A stretch of DNA of 64,000 nt from an uncultured Thermoleophilia bacterium (GCA_963814545.1 CAWFDC010000010.1:3786-67785), one strand, 5' to 3'. Shown: positions 39,010 to 48,043, counted from the first letter of the stretch. The notes: a model not told the origin generated them from the sequence alone. Translations and numbers: made by a program.

Positions 39010-39270
39010 CTAGGGCTCGCGGGTTCCGTGGATGGCGAAATCCGGGCACAGCATCCCGCAGAGATCACATCCCTTGCACACGGCAGGGTCCGCAACCAAG
39101 GGGAAATGGTAGCCCTTGCGGTTGAACTGGCTGGAGAGTTTCAGGTTGCGAGCGGGGCAGAAGGCGACGCAAAAACCGCAGCCCTTGCAACGCTCGATGT
39201 TGATGATGGTGCGACCGTGTTTCTTGGCCTTGGCGTCTCTTTCCTTCGCACTACGCTCATCGTCTGCCAT
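39010..39270 (-). CDS. 2-oxoacid:ferredoxin oxidoreductase, delta subunit (2x[4Fe-4S] ferredoxin)
   Basis: CKGCGFCVAFCP and CKGCDLCGMLCP cluster motifs. ATG 39268-39270 is preceded by ggagga. It is the first gene of a delta-alpha-beta-gamma operon. Confidence 0.85.
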   Translation of the reverse strand: MADDERSAKERDAKAKKHGRTIINIERCKGCGFCVAFCPARNLKLSSQFNRKGYHFPLVADPAVCKGCDLCGMLCPDFAIHGTREP

Positions 39271-39380
39271 CGCAACGTCCTCCGGCACCGCCAAGGCGCC
39301 TGCATACAAGAGAAATGCTCGGCCAGTGCCCGACTGTCAACCCCGACTCGAAGCGGCAATAAGCCCGTGGAGTGCCGAGA

Positions 39381-39680
39381 TCACCGCCGTCGTTTCCGAT
39401 CCTTGCCCTTCGGAGGCCCGGCTGGCGGGTGGGCCTTCTCCCTGTTGGGAGGCCCGGCCGGCGAGTGCGCCTTCTCCCTGGGAGAGGGCGCGAGAGCCTC
39501 TGCCTTGGGGGCCCCTTGGCCGAGGCGCTGATAGAGAACTCCCAGCCCCGCCGCGACTCCCAGCAGCAACGCCCCCTGCCAGTAGAGCCGCAGAACGATC
39601 CACAGGCCGCCGAGCACCGCGCAGGCGCTGGCTGCCAGCAGTGCATCGCGGCGGTGACGGGGTGAAGCGTCGGTCTCCAT
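39381..39680 (-). CDS. Small membrane protein with a duplicated basic/Pro-rich tail
   Basis: METDASPRHRRDALLAASACAVLGGLWIVLRLYWQGALLLGVAAGLGVLY (two TM helices), then REKAHSPAGPPN / REKAHPPAGPPK. The DNA carries a ~34-bp tandem duplication at 39413-39480. Confidence 0.5.
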   Translation of the reverse strand: METDASPRHRRDALLAASACAVLGGLWIVLRLYWQGALLLGVAAGLGVLYQRLGQGAPKAEALAPSPREKAHSPAGPPNREKAHPPAGPPKGKDRKRRR

Positions 39681-39863
39681 GGCAGACCCCTTGGCCCGCA
39701 AGGACCGCGTAGGCAGGGATTCAGTATTCATCGGTACATACACCTTCCCCCAGCGAGTTCAAGGGAAATCGGCTCCGCGCAAGAGGAGCTCGATGAGCTG
39801 ACGCCTGGGGCCTTCTCAAGGGTCCACGCCGGGAGGCGGCCTGCTGGGGACGGGGCATTTTCT

Positions 39864-40376
39864 TTGACACAGGACCCCGCCATACTGGACCCTGGCTCCA
39901 TGGAACTCGACACCTTCCTCTCCGAGCTCGGCCGCCTGCGATCAGAGTGCGGGCGACAGGACGCCAACCTCGCCTCCTTCCAGTGCGAGGCCTGCCTCCG
40001 GTGCGCGAGCTGCATGTTCTGCGAGCGGTGCGAGGACTGCTTCCACTGCACCCACTGCGAGGGGTGCGTGGACTGCAGCTCCTGCACCCATTGCCACTCC
40101 TGCCGCCGCTGTCACGAGTGCGCGTATTGCCGGGATTCGACGCGCTGCCAGGGTGGCGCGTACCTTGCGCTCTGTCAGGACTGCGTGGATTGCACCTACT
40201 GCTATGGATGTGTGGGACTCATCAAGAAGGAGTTCCACATCCTGAATGTCCGCTACCCCCGCAAGGACTATTTCGAAATCACGGCGAGCCTGGACGCCGC
40301 TCGGGCGGCTGCCGGAGAGACCCGCCCCCTGGACAGGCGCCCGCCTGGCCGTGAGAAGCCCGGGGAGGCTCGGTGA
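39864..40376 (+). CDS. Cysteine-ladder protein: 17 consecutive Cys at strict C-x2-C spacing (24 Cys in 170 aa)
   Basis: FQCEACLRCASCMFCERCEDCFHCTHCEGCVDCSSCTHCHSCRRCHECAYC then C-x9-C, CQDCVDCTYCYGC. It is flanked by ordinary helical N- and C-terminal segments. ATG 39900 (MELDTFLSEL) is an alternative start. Confidence 0.65.
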   Translation: MTQDPAILDPGSMELDTFLSELGRLRSECGRQDANLASFQCEACLRCASCMFCERCEDCFHCTHCEGCVDCSSCTHCHSCRRCHECAYCRDSTRCQGGAYLALCQDCVDCTYCYGCVGLIKKEFHILNVRYPRKDYFEITASLDAARAAAGETRPLDRRPPGREKPGEAR

Positions 40377-40410
40377 GCACGGAGCCGAAAGCGAGCGTCC
40401 TACTTCGGCG

Positions 40411-40986
40411 CTAAGACCCGAGGGCCTTCCGACCCGCCTCGGTGATGCGGTACTCGAGAGCGCCTCGCCGACTTCCGTCCCTCGGCCGGGTCTCGATGAG
40501 ATCTCCCCCGCGGGCCCGGACGACCTTGCGCACGTTGCCGGGCAAGATGGGCGCCCCCGCCCGAGCGCCGGCGTCCGAGAGCTCCTTGGCGCTCTGCCAG
40601 GCCTTGCCGGACTCGGTGAGGAGCTCGAGCACCCGGATCATCTGATCGGGCCGCTCCTTCTCCACCCGCCCCTTGACGCCCGCCTTCTTCTTGGGCTTGG
40701 CCTTGGGTTTGGGGGCGCCTCGGCTCGGCGTCTTGGCCTTGGGCGGCCGAGCCTCCGCCGGGGAGGCGGCGGGGCCTGCGACCCGCGGAGCTTCTGGCGC
40801 CGCCGGCCGAGGCACGTACGGCGGCTCCTTGGGCACGTGCGGTGGCTCCATGGGCAAGGGCCGGGGCGGCCCGGACACCTCGCGCACCCGCTCCGAGGCC
40901 ACGGAAATGAGGTCTAGGAAGAGACGAATGGCCCGCTCCCCCGTGGTGAGGGCGCTCTGACTCAGGTCCTTGATCAAATCCTTCAT
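40411..40986 (-). CDS. Hypothetical protein: helical N-terminus, Pro/Lys-rich linker (histone-H1-like) and a winged-helix-like C-terminus
   Basis: 191 aa. MKDLIKDLSQSALTTGERAIRLFLDLI...; PKAKTPSRGAPKPKAKPKKKAGVKG; MIRVLELLTESGKAWQSAKELSDA...ALEYRITEAGRKAL. Confidence 0.5.
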   Translation of the reverse strand: MKDLIKDLSQSALTTGERAIRLFLDLISVASERVREVSGPPRPLPMEPPHVPKEPPYVPRPAAPEAPRVAGPAASPAEARPPKAKTPSRGAPKPKAKPKKKAGVKGRVEKERPDQMIRVLELLTESGKAWQSAKELSDAGARAGAPILPGNVRKVVRARGGDLIETRPRDGSRRGALEYRITEAGRKALGS

Positions 40987-41204
40987 CGCTCCACCCCAAT
41001 TGCCGGGATCCAGTTAGCCCGCTACGGAGCGGATAAGATCACATCCCTGGGGCGTCGTCAACACCGAGATTCGAATCCGCACCGTTCGGAGCCCCGACAC
41101 CCGGCCGTTTGAATGCCTTGCCAGGTCTGATCCCTTCCCCCTATACTCCCTGCGGGTCGGGGAGCCAAGAGCCCACCGCCCGACCGGGCCATGGAGGTCG
41201 TACC

Positions 41205-42179
41205 TTGTCACGTGACCTAGTCGACGCCGCAGTGGGGGCCATGCTCGGCACCCTCGTAGGTGACTCCCTGGGGATGCCCGCCGAGGGCATGACCCGTGAA
41301 GAGATCCGGACCAAGCTGGGGAGGCTGGACTCCCTGCAGGAGGGACCACTGCCGGCCGGTGAGTACACCGACGACACGGAGATGGCCATCAACCTCTGTG
41401 AGTCCCTGCTGGAAGTGGGGGCCTTCGACCAAAAGCATGTGGCCGAACGGCTGGCCGCCCACTTCACTCCGTGGCGGGGCTACAGCCCCCACGTCTACGG
41501 CATCATGGCGCGCATCCGTCAGGGCCTCGGGTGGGAGCTGCCGGGGAACAGCTCCTTTGGCGCCGATGCGGCCTCACGGGTGGCAGCCCTCGGAGTCTTG
41601 TATGCCGACGATCGGGCCGTAGCCGACCACGCCGCCAAGCAGGCCATCATCACCCACACCCACCCGAACGGCATCGCAGGCGCGGTAGCCCAGGCCGTGG
41701 CGGTCTCCGAGGCGACCTCCCTTGGGCTATTCGAATCCACCGTGCCCAAGGATGAGCTCCTCAAGAAGATCCTTGGGCCCGTGAGCGACGTGAGCGTCGC
41801 CCTGTCGGACGCCGTGGAGCGCATTGCCGACATCCCACCCGCGGTGAGCATCGACGCGCTCTCCACCGCGCTTGCCCGGATCTACGCCTGCGACGGCGGC
41901 GCTGTGGGGACCGTTCCTGCGGCGCTGGCCGCCTTCCTGCTCACCGACAGTTTCGAAGGGGCACTGGTCACCGCCGTGAACTGCGGTGGCAAGACCGACA
42001 TGCTGGGTGCCTTGGCCGGCGCCGTGGCCGGCGCCTTTTATGGTGCGGCTGCCATACCGGAGCGGCTCCTTGCAGGGCTCGTCAACGATCGACGGGGCCG
42101 CGATGACGTCATCGCGCTGGGGGAGCGACTGGGGGCCCTGACTCGGGAGCGGTCGGGCGCCCGCCTGGAGCCGGAGTAG
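41205..42179 (+). CDS. ADP-ribosylglycohydrolase family protein
   Basis: LVDAAVGAMLGTLVGDSLGMPAEG, YTDDTEMAINL, THTHPNGIAGA and CGGKTDMLGALAGAVAGAFYG motifs. TTG 41205 is preceded by ggagg at 41193-41197. The track ORF begins at TTG 41109. Confidence 0.8.
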   Translation: MSRDLVDAAVGAMLGTLVGDSLGMPAEGMTREEIRTKLGRLDSLQEGPLPAGEYTDDTEMAINLCESLLEVGAFDQKHVAERLAAHFTPWRGYSPHVYGIMARIRQGLGWELPGNSSFGADAASRVAALGVLYADDRAVADHAAKQAIITHTHPNGIAGAVAQAVAVSEATSLGLFESTVPKDELLKKILGPVSDVSVALSDAVERIADIPPAVSIDALSTALARIYACDGGAVGTVPAALAAFLLTDSFEGALVTAVNCGGKTDMLGALAGAVAGAFYGAAAIPERLLAGLVNDRRGRDDVIALGERLGALTRERSGARLEPE

Positions 42180-43152
42180 GCCGGGTTCCCGACGCGCCCT
42201 GGCCCAGCGGGACACGGATCTCCTCCAGCTCTTGGCGCAGCCGAAAGGTCTCCTTCACCTGGCCTAGAGGCCCGAGAACTCGGATCTCGACCTCAGAGGA
42301 GCTGCTCGAGGAAACCAGCACGCCCCGCCCGAGATCGAAAATCAGCTGACCTCGCCCCGCGCCCTCGCCCACCAGGCGACGGGCGCCCAGCCGGTGCGCC
42401 AGACTCACCCTGCTGTGGATCGAGATCTCGGCGCAGCGGGTGCTGCCGCAGGGCGTAAACCGCTCCAGGGTATAGTCGGCCACCAGCCGAGTTTCCACGG
42501 CAGGGAGCTCTGGCTTGGGGCGCAGCTCCTGCTTCCGGGTTTCCCGCCACCTCGCCCCGGCGCCCAGCGCCTCTGCTGGAAAACGGGCGAAGGCGGACCG
42601 GAGAGCCGCCCCGAGCCAGGCGTCGAGCTCCCCCTGCCCCCGCCCTGGCGCCTGGGCCTCCACTGCCCCGCGGTCGGTCAGCTGGAGCCAAAGGGCCCGG
42701 CCCGAGGCGTCGGTGCCAACCCCGAGGCCAGGCTCCACCCGCCAACGCACCTGTGCCCGGGCGCCGCGTACCCGGTCCACGGCCAGGGTCAGGTGTCGGA
42801 TCTGCCGCTCCTCGGGGTCGGGGGCCCCCACGAGGCTCCGCACGGACCGGAGGCGGTAGTGCAGTACCAATCCCCGCCGAAAGGCGTAGCGAAGCGCCAC
42901 CCGGGGACCCCGTCCCACCGAGAACACCAGGTCGGCTTGGTCGGATGGACGCTTCGTGCCCTTGTCACCACAGGCAGAGTTGAGGCCTAGAGCGAGCACC
43001 AGCAATCCGATGACTCCCCAGAGGCGGCAGCCCCAAAGGGTGGGGAGAGCCCAAAGGGCGGGAATTGACTGGTGGGACACTCGAGCCCTCGCCCGAAACA
43101 CCGCCGGGAGTCGGCCCAATCCTGGGCAGAGCGCCTTCTCGCGGAGCCTCAA
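42109..43152 (-). CDS. Hypothetical lipoprotein downstream of the NtrC-type regulator
   Basis: Signal/lipobox LLVLALGLNSACG. The start is uncertain: TTG 43152 overlaps the regulator stop, and GTG 43080 is an alternative. The last ~23 codons overlap the convergent ADP-ribosylglycohydrolase gene. Confidence 0.5.
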   Translation of the reverse strand: MRLREKALCPGLGRLPAVFRARARVSHQSIPALWALPTLWGCRLWGVIGLLVLALGLNSACGDKGTKRPSDQADLVFSVGRGPRVALRYAFRRGLVLHYRLRSVRSLVGAPDPEERQIRHLTLAVDRVRGARAQVRWRVEPGLGVGTDASGRALWLQLTDRGAVEAQAPGRGQGELDAWLGAALRSAFARFPAEALGAGARWRETRKQELRPKPELPAVETRLVADYTLERFTPCGSTRCAEISIHSRVSLAHRLGARRLVGEGAGRGQLIFDLGRGVLVSSSSSSEVEIRVLGPLGQVKETFRLRQELEEIRVPLGQGASGTRPTPAPGGRPTAPESGPPVAPPAR

Positions 43153-44528
43153 CGCTCCTGCCGCTGGATGTCGTAGGCCTTGAGCTTCTTGTGCAGATTC
43201 GTGCGCTCGATGCCCAGGGCCGAGGCGGTGCGGGAGATGTTCCAGTGGTTCTCCTTGAGCCGCTGGAGGATGAAGACTCGCTCCATCTCCTCCTTGAACT
43301 CCTTGAGACCTAGGTGCCCATAGGCCTCCGGGGACCGGGAGGGCTCGGTCGCGCGACTCACTTCGGGCGGCAGATCCTCCATGGTGATGGTCGCGCCGCT
43401 CATGATCACCAGCCGCTCACAGATGTTCTTCAGCTCCCTGACATTTCCCGGCCACCGATATCCGGAGAGCATTTGGAGCACCTCCGGCGCCACCCGCTTG
43501 CTCCGGAACCCGTTCTCCCGGCAAAAGTGACCCACGAAATGCTCCACCAGCATCGGGATGTCCGCGGCGCGCTCTCGCAGGGGCGGCGAGCGGAGAGGCA
43601 CTACGTTCAGCCGGAAGTAGAGGTCCTCGCGAAAGCGGTTCTCGGCCACCAGCTCGTCGAGGGCCTGGTTGGTGGCGGCGATGACCCGCACGTCCACCAG
43701 GATGGGGCGCTCCCCGCCCACTCGCGTGATCTCACTGGACTGCAGCGTGCGAAGGACCTTGGCCTGGGCCGAGAGGCTCATGTCGCCGATCTCGTCCAGG
43801 AAGATGGTCCCCCCTGAGGCCACCTCGAAGAGCCCGCGCTTCCGGTTCACGGCCCCGGTGAAGGCGCCCTTCTCATGGCCAAACAGCTCTGACTCGATGA
43901 GCTCCGGCGGAATGGCCGCGCAGTTCACCTTCACGAAGGGCCCCTCGGCCAATTGGCTGCTTCGGTGCAGCGCCCTGGCGATGAGCTCCTTGCCGGTGCC
44001 GCTCTCACCCAGGATGAGCACCCGACCCCGGGTGGGGGCGACCTTGCTGATCTGGGCGTGCAGCGACTTCATGACCTCTGACGTGCCAATCAGCTCGAAG
44101 CCCTCTTCCAGGGAGGCCTGGAGCTGCGAAAGATTCCGGCGCAGAGCGGCGCGCTCCAGCGCGTTTCTCACAGAGACCAGTACCCGCTGCCGATCGATGG
44201 GCTTTTCGAAGAAGTCGTCCGCGCCTAGCCGAGTGGCCTGCACGGCGTCGGCGAAGGTGGCGTGCCCCGAGATCATGATCACCGGAACGGGGGGCTGGCC
44301 ATAGGCCCCTGACATGATGCGCTCCAAGGCCCAGAGCCCGCTCTCGGCCGGAAGCTTCACGTCCATGAGCACGAGGTCGGGATCCACTTCGGAGAGCACC
44401 TCGAGGGCGCGCTCGGCCGAGGGCGCATCCTCCACTCGGTAGTCCTCACCCTCCAGCACCATCCGCAATGTGCGACGGATGTTCTTCTCGTCGTCCACCA
44501 CCAGGATGGTATGGTCCTCGTTGGGCAT
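43149..44528 (-). CDS. Sigma-54-dependent response regulator (NtrC/Fis family)
   Basis: Receiver domain (ILVVDDEKNIR...DLVLMDVKLP), AAA+ domain (GESGTGKELIARALH, GAFTGA, ESELFGHEKGAFTGA, RFREDLYFRLNVV) and a C-terminal Fis-type HTH (NISRTASALGIERTNLHKKLK). Confidence 0.95.
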   Translation of the reverse strand: MPNEDHTILVVDDEKNIRRTLRMVLEGEDYRVEDAPSAERALEVLSEVDPDLVLMDVKLPAESGLWALERIMSGAYGQPPVPVIMISGHATFADAVQATRLGADDFFEKPIDRQRVLVSVRNALERAALRRNLSQLQASLEEGFELIGTSEVMKSLHAQISKVAPTRGRVLILGESGTGKELIARALHRSSQLAEGPFVKVNCAAIPPELIESELFGHEKGAFTGAVNRKRGLFEVASGGTIFLDEIGDMSLSAQAKVLRTLQSSEITRVGGERPILVDVRVIAATNQALDELVAENRFREDLYFRLNVVPLRSPPLRERAADIPMLVEHFVGHFCRENGFRSKRVAPEVLQMLSGYRWPGNVRELKNICERLVIMSGATITMEDLPPEVSRATEPSRSPEAYGHLGLKEFKEEMERVFILQRLKENHWNISRTASALGIERTNLHKKLKAYDIQRQER

Positions 44529-44597
44529 GGCGAAAGACCCGCTCGGTCAAGGGGATCCAGGATAGCAAAGAGAAGGGATTCAATCCACGGCCGTCTC

Positions 44598-45758
44598 TCA
44601 GAGGGACGGGGCTTCCCGCACCGTGAGCCCGAGCATCCCCAGCCAGGCGGGGCCCACTTCTTCCAGGGCAGAGGAGATCAGTCGGACGAACCCGGTCAAG
44701 TCCGGCGATTCCACGAGGAGGGCGGCGGCGGCCTCCGAAGGGTCCACGCCACGAGGGAGCCCCAGAGCCTCCAGCACCTCCCGATGCTCGGGGGGCAAGG
44801 GGCGCCCTGCCACGCGGTCCCAGGCTCTAGACAGGGGTTGCTGCTGGAACGAGCGCTCGAGGGCCCAGTCCGGGAGCGCGGACAGAGGCACTTCCAGAAG
44901 CGAGGTGCTCCGAGCTCTGACGAGGGAGCGCTGCTGAGAATGAAAAACAGAGAAATGGAAGTGATTCCAGTGTACTTCGTCGTAGTCTGGCGTCAGGATG
45001 GCCTCGAACACATCTGCTTCGTCGAGGTCGCACACGAGCTTGCGCAATAGAAGCCCCTTCGAAGTGAGGGGACGTCCGACACAGGACGAGGAATCCATGA
45101 AGCCGAGGCCGGCCTCGTAGTCCCTCGCCACGTCCAAGTGCATCCCATTGACCAGTTGGAACCCCTTGATGTCGATGGCGAGTCCTTGGGCGTGGTAATG
45201 GTAGTGGCCCAGCCTGAGGTTGCCGAGGGAGGGGCGATAGTGGCTGGCGAAGATCACCTCCGCCACCCCATTGGCCCGAAGCACTGGCGCGGCGCGCACC
45301 AGGGCGAGGGCGAGGCGGCAGTCGAACACCCAGGGTAGCGGCCCGCGGTAGTACCAGACATAGCGGACACCACCGATGTTCTGGGAGGAGGTCCGGATCG
45401 GCGTGGCGATGCCCTCCACGGCTTCGACGAAATCGAAGGTCAGGCCTTCCGAGGCGAGCTGCGCGGCGCATCCCGGATCGGAGTTGCCTGGTGTGCCCGT
45501 GAGATCGCTCGGCGTGACGAGCGGGATGACATCCTCCCGCTCCTCCGAGCCCCCACGAGCCGCGTCGGTGTCCAGCGCCGTCTGCCCCCAGGACAGCAAC
45601 CAGGCGAAGCCAAAGGAGCGGCCCTGCCCCGGGGCCTGCGGGGAGCGCCAATCCTCACGAAGAGATGCCGCCCCCGCTCCACCCTGGCTCCCCGGGGCGA
45701 GCAAGAGGACGAGCAGGCCGAGGACAACCCAACGGAGCGGCTGGACACGCGGCGTCAT
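44598..45758 (-). CDS. Extensin-like C-terminal domain protein (secreted)
   Basis: Start taken at ATG 45756-45758 (MTPRVQPLRWVVLGLLVLLLAPG). FDCRLALALVRAAPVL...VIFASHYRP...HYHAQGLAIDIKGFQL...HWNHFHFSV resembles the extensin-like domain. Confidence 0.6.
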   Translation of the reverse strand: MTPRVQPLRWVVLGLLVLLLAPGSQGGAGAASLREDWRSPQAPGQGRSFGFAWLLSWGQTALDTDAARGGSEEREDVIPLVTPSDLTGTPGNSDPGCAAQLASEGLTFDFVEAVEGIATPIRTSSQNIGGVRYVWYYRGPLPWVFDCRLALALVRAAPVLRANGVAEVIFASHYRPSLGNLRLGHYHYHAQGLAIDIKGFQLVNGMHLDVARDYEAGLGFMDSSSCVGRPLTSKGLLLRKLVCDLDEADVFEAILTPDYDEVHWNHFHFSVFHSQQRSLVRARSTSLLEVPLSALPDWALERSFQQQPLSRAWDRVAGRPLPPEHREVLEALGLPRGVDPSEAAAALLVESPDLTGFVRLISSALEEVGPAWLGMLGLTVREAPSL

Positions 45759-45830
45759 GACGCTAGCAACGCGCGAGGGCGCCAGGGGATTCCCCGTGAA
45801 TGCTGATCCTTGCGTCAATGCCGTCCACCC

Positions 45831-46610
45831 CTACCGACCGCCGGGGGCCGCCTGTCCGCCCTGCCCCAGCTGCTCGAGCTCCGAGCGGGCGTAACTCCCA
45901 AGGATCTTGTCTTGGGCAAGGGCCCGCAGCGCCGCCTGAACCGCGGCTCGCTCCCCGGGGACATCTCGTGCCAGACGCCCCAGGGCACGAGTGGCATAGT
46001 GTCTGGCCCCAAGGGCCATACGCTCGTTGCGAGCCACGGCCGTAAACAAGGGCCTCACAGCCGCCGCAGAGAAGAAGGGACGATGGGCGAAATCGGACAG
46101 GTTGAGCAGGTGCAGGGGATGCACCGATCGATCTGCAGCCCCCTTTCTGACGAGGTCGAGGATCGCCGCGTAGCCTCCCGCGGCGCCCAGACGCGCAAGC
46201 CCCATGCCGCAGTGCGGGCCCAGGGAAGGGTTCCCGAGGCACGCGAGGAGCTCTTTCTCGGTTTCGGCGTCCCCGACGGTTTGTCCCAGGCTTTCGGCGG
46301 ACCGCTTTCTCACCTCCTCCGACGGGTCCTTCCGGAGGGCATGGAGCAGAGCCTCCCGAACGTCCTTGTCCCGCCCGAAGTGTGCGAGGTTGAGCCGCTG
46401 CGCCGCCTTCGCCCGCACCAAGTCGGATGCATCCCCCTTCAGGGCCCCGAGCACCAGTACCTTCGCCTCGGGTGAGCCGCCATGCAGGGAGAAGACGATC
46501 CAGGCGCGAACCTCGGGGCTCTGCTCTTTGTTTAGCACCTCGCCCAGGCGGCGAACCACGCTGTGCTGTCTTGCGTAGCTGGAAAGGCTCTTGGCCACGG
46601 CCAGCCTCAC
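45831..46610 (-). CDS. HEAT-repeat (PBS-lyase-type) protein, C-terminal fragment; 5' end cut at the block C/D join
   Basis: Repeated ..VR..A..AL units (SPEVRAWIVFSL, SDLVRAKAAQRL, DKDVREALLHAL, SEEVRKRSAESL). The listed start is only a GTG at the edge. Confidence 0.6.
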   Translation of the reverse strand: MRLAVAKSLSSYARQHSVVRRLGEVLNKEQSPEVRAWIVFSLHGGSPEAKVLVLGALKGDASDLVRAKAAQRLNLAHFGRDKDVREALLHALRKDPSEEVRKRSAESLGQTVGDAETEKELLACLGNPSLGPHCGMGLARLGAAGGYAAILDLVRKGAADRSVHPLHLLNLSDFAHRPFFSAAAVRPLFTAVARNERMALGARHYATRALGRLARDVPGERAAVQAALRALAQDKILGSYARSELEQLGQGGQAAPGGR

Positions 46611-46620
46611 GCACCTCCGA

Positions 46621-47289
46621 GAGATGAAAGGGCACGATGGAGATCTTGAACCCGATGCCCGTAAAGATGAGGGCCAGGGACAGGAGGATCACCGGCAGGC
46701 GGCCGGGATAGGTGTTGGCTGCGGCCAGGGACCCCGTGATCTCGAAGGTGCCGGTCATGGCATAGAGGAGGCCGATGCCGAAGGTCAAAAACGCCGAGGA
46801 CACCGCGCCCATGATAAAATATTTCAACCCCGCCTCATTGCCGTGAGGTTCGCCTTTCCTGATGGCGATGAGGATGTAGAGGGCCAGGGACATCAGCTCC
46901 AACCCCAGGAAAAAGATCACCCAATTGGCCCCGGCCACCACCAGCACCATCCCCAGGGCGGCAAAGATCAGGAAGGCGTACAATTCATCCCCGGCAAAAC
47001 CGTGGGTTACACTGTACTGCCGCACGAAGAGCAGGGTGATGAGGGTAATGAACATCAAGACAGACGTGAAGAACCGGAAGTAGCCGCCCAGGTCCAGCAG
47101 GTCCTCTAAGCCCGGACCCAGGGACGGCAGCAGCAGGGTTGCGGCCGCCGCCGTTCCCGCGGTGACCAGCGCCAGGGCGAAGAGCACCCCCGCCGCCCGC
47201 CGGCGCCAAAAGGCGCCGACCAGGAAGGTTGCGGTACCCCCGCCGGCCAGGATCAGGAGGGGGAGCAGGCCGGTCCAGTCGGTGGACAT
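46621..47289 (-). CDS. nuoN: NADH-quinone oxidoreductase subunit N, N-terminal ~220 aa only (3' part cut at the block C/D join)
   Basis: MSTDWTGLLPLLILAGG...FLGLELMSLALYILIA...GLKYFIMGAVSSAFLTFGIGLLYAMTG...GFKISIVPFHL. The conserved W-x-PDVY that should follow is replaced by unrelated GC-rich sequence. Confidence 0.85.
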
Positions 47290-47304
47290 AGACTAAGGGT
47301 CCTC

Positions 47305-47918
47305 TTAACCCCGGAGTTTTTGGGCCACGTCGGCCACCCGCCGCCCCAGGGCCCTGGCGATGGAAAGGTCCTCCGGGGCCGGTTCGAGGTCGTTCTTGCC
47401 TCCGGCCACCGTAGTGGCGCCGTAGGGGGTGCCGCCCCGGCCTTCGGTGTGGAGCATGCCCGGGGTGGAATAGGGCACCCCGACGATGATAAAGCCCAGG
47501 TGCAGCAGCGGCACCATCATGGTGAGGCAGGTGGTCTCCTGGCCGCCGTGGGTGGTGGCCGTCGAGACCATGACCCCGGCCGGCTTGCCTTCCAGGGCCC
47601 CCTGGGCCGAGAGATCCACGGCGCCGTCGAAGTACTGCTTCATCTGGGCGCACATGTTGCCGAAACGGGTGGGGGTGCCGAAGATGACGCCGTCGGCGGC
47701 CCGCAGATCATCCATGGTCGCCATGGGGACGTCCGCCGCCGGGCCAGCACTTCCTGGGCGTGCTTGCTGGCCTGGACCTTGGGGAGGTTCGTCTCCAGTT
47801 CCTGGACCCGGCGCAGGACAACTTCCGCCCCTGCCACCGTCTGGACCCCGTCGGCCGCAGCCCGGGCCAGCTTCAAGACGTGGCCGTACATGGAGTAATA
47901 CACTACCAGGATTTTCAT
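47305..47918 (-). CDS. wrbA: WrbA-type flavodoxin-like NAD(P)H:quinone oxidoreductase, one frameshift
   Basis: [18 protein letters not shown]..., then [42 protein letters not shown] and [13 protein letters not shown]. The frame changes near 47735-47745, and the two pieces are ORFs 47640..48080 and 47305..47724. Its stop lies 15 nt before the nuoN start. Confidence 0.85.
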
Positions 47919-48043
47919 GTGGTTCCGTCCTTCTATGAGATTTATGTTAAGGTGCTTCCACCACGCTTTACTACTTGGGCGCTGGATCAGGAGCGACTTC
48001 CCCCCTTTGAGGACCTTATCCTTACCCACAAGTTTTTCTGACT

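Noticed and set aside
41068-41078. gattcgaatcc, which resembles a tRNA T-loop, in the intergenic region upstream of the ADP-ribosylglycohydrolase gene.
   Set aside because: The five bases on either side (cgaga / ccgca) are not complementary, and no acceptor or anticodon arms can be drawn on either strand.
44529-44597. Short intergenic regions (for example 44529-44597, 35496-35645 and 40987-41204) scanned for small RNAs or riboswitches.
   Set aside because: I found no conserved riboswitch cores (TPP, cobalamin, SAM, FMN, glycine) and no convincing stem-loop sets that I could recognise by eye.
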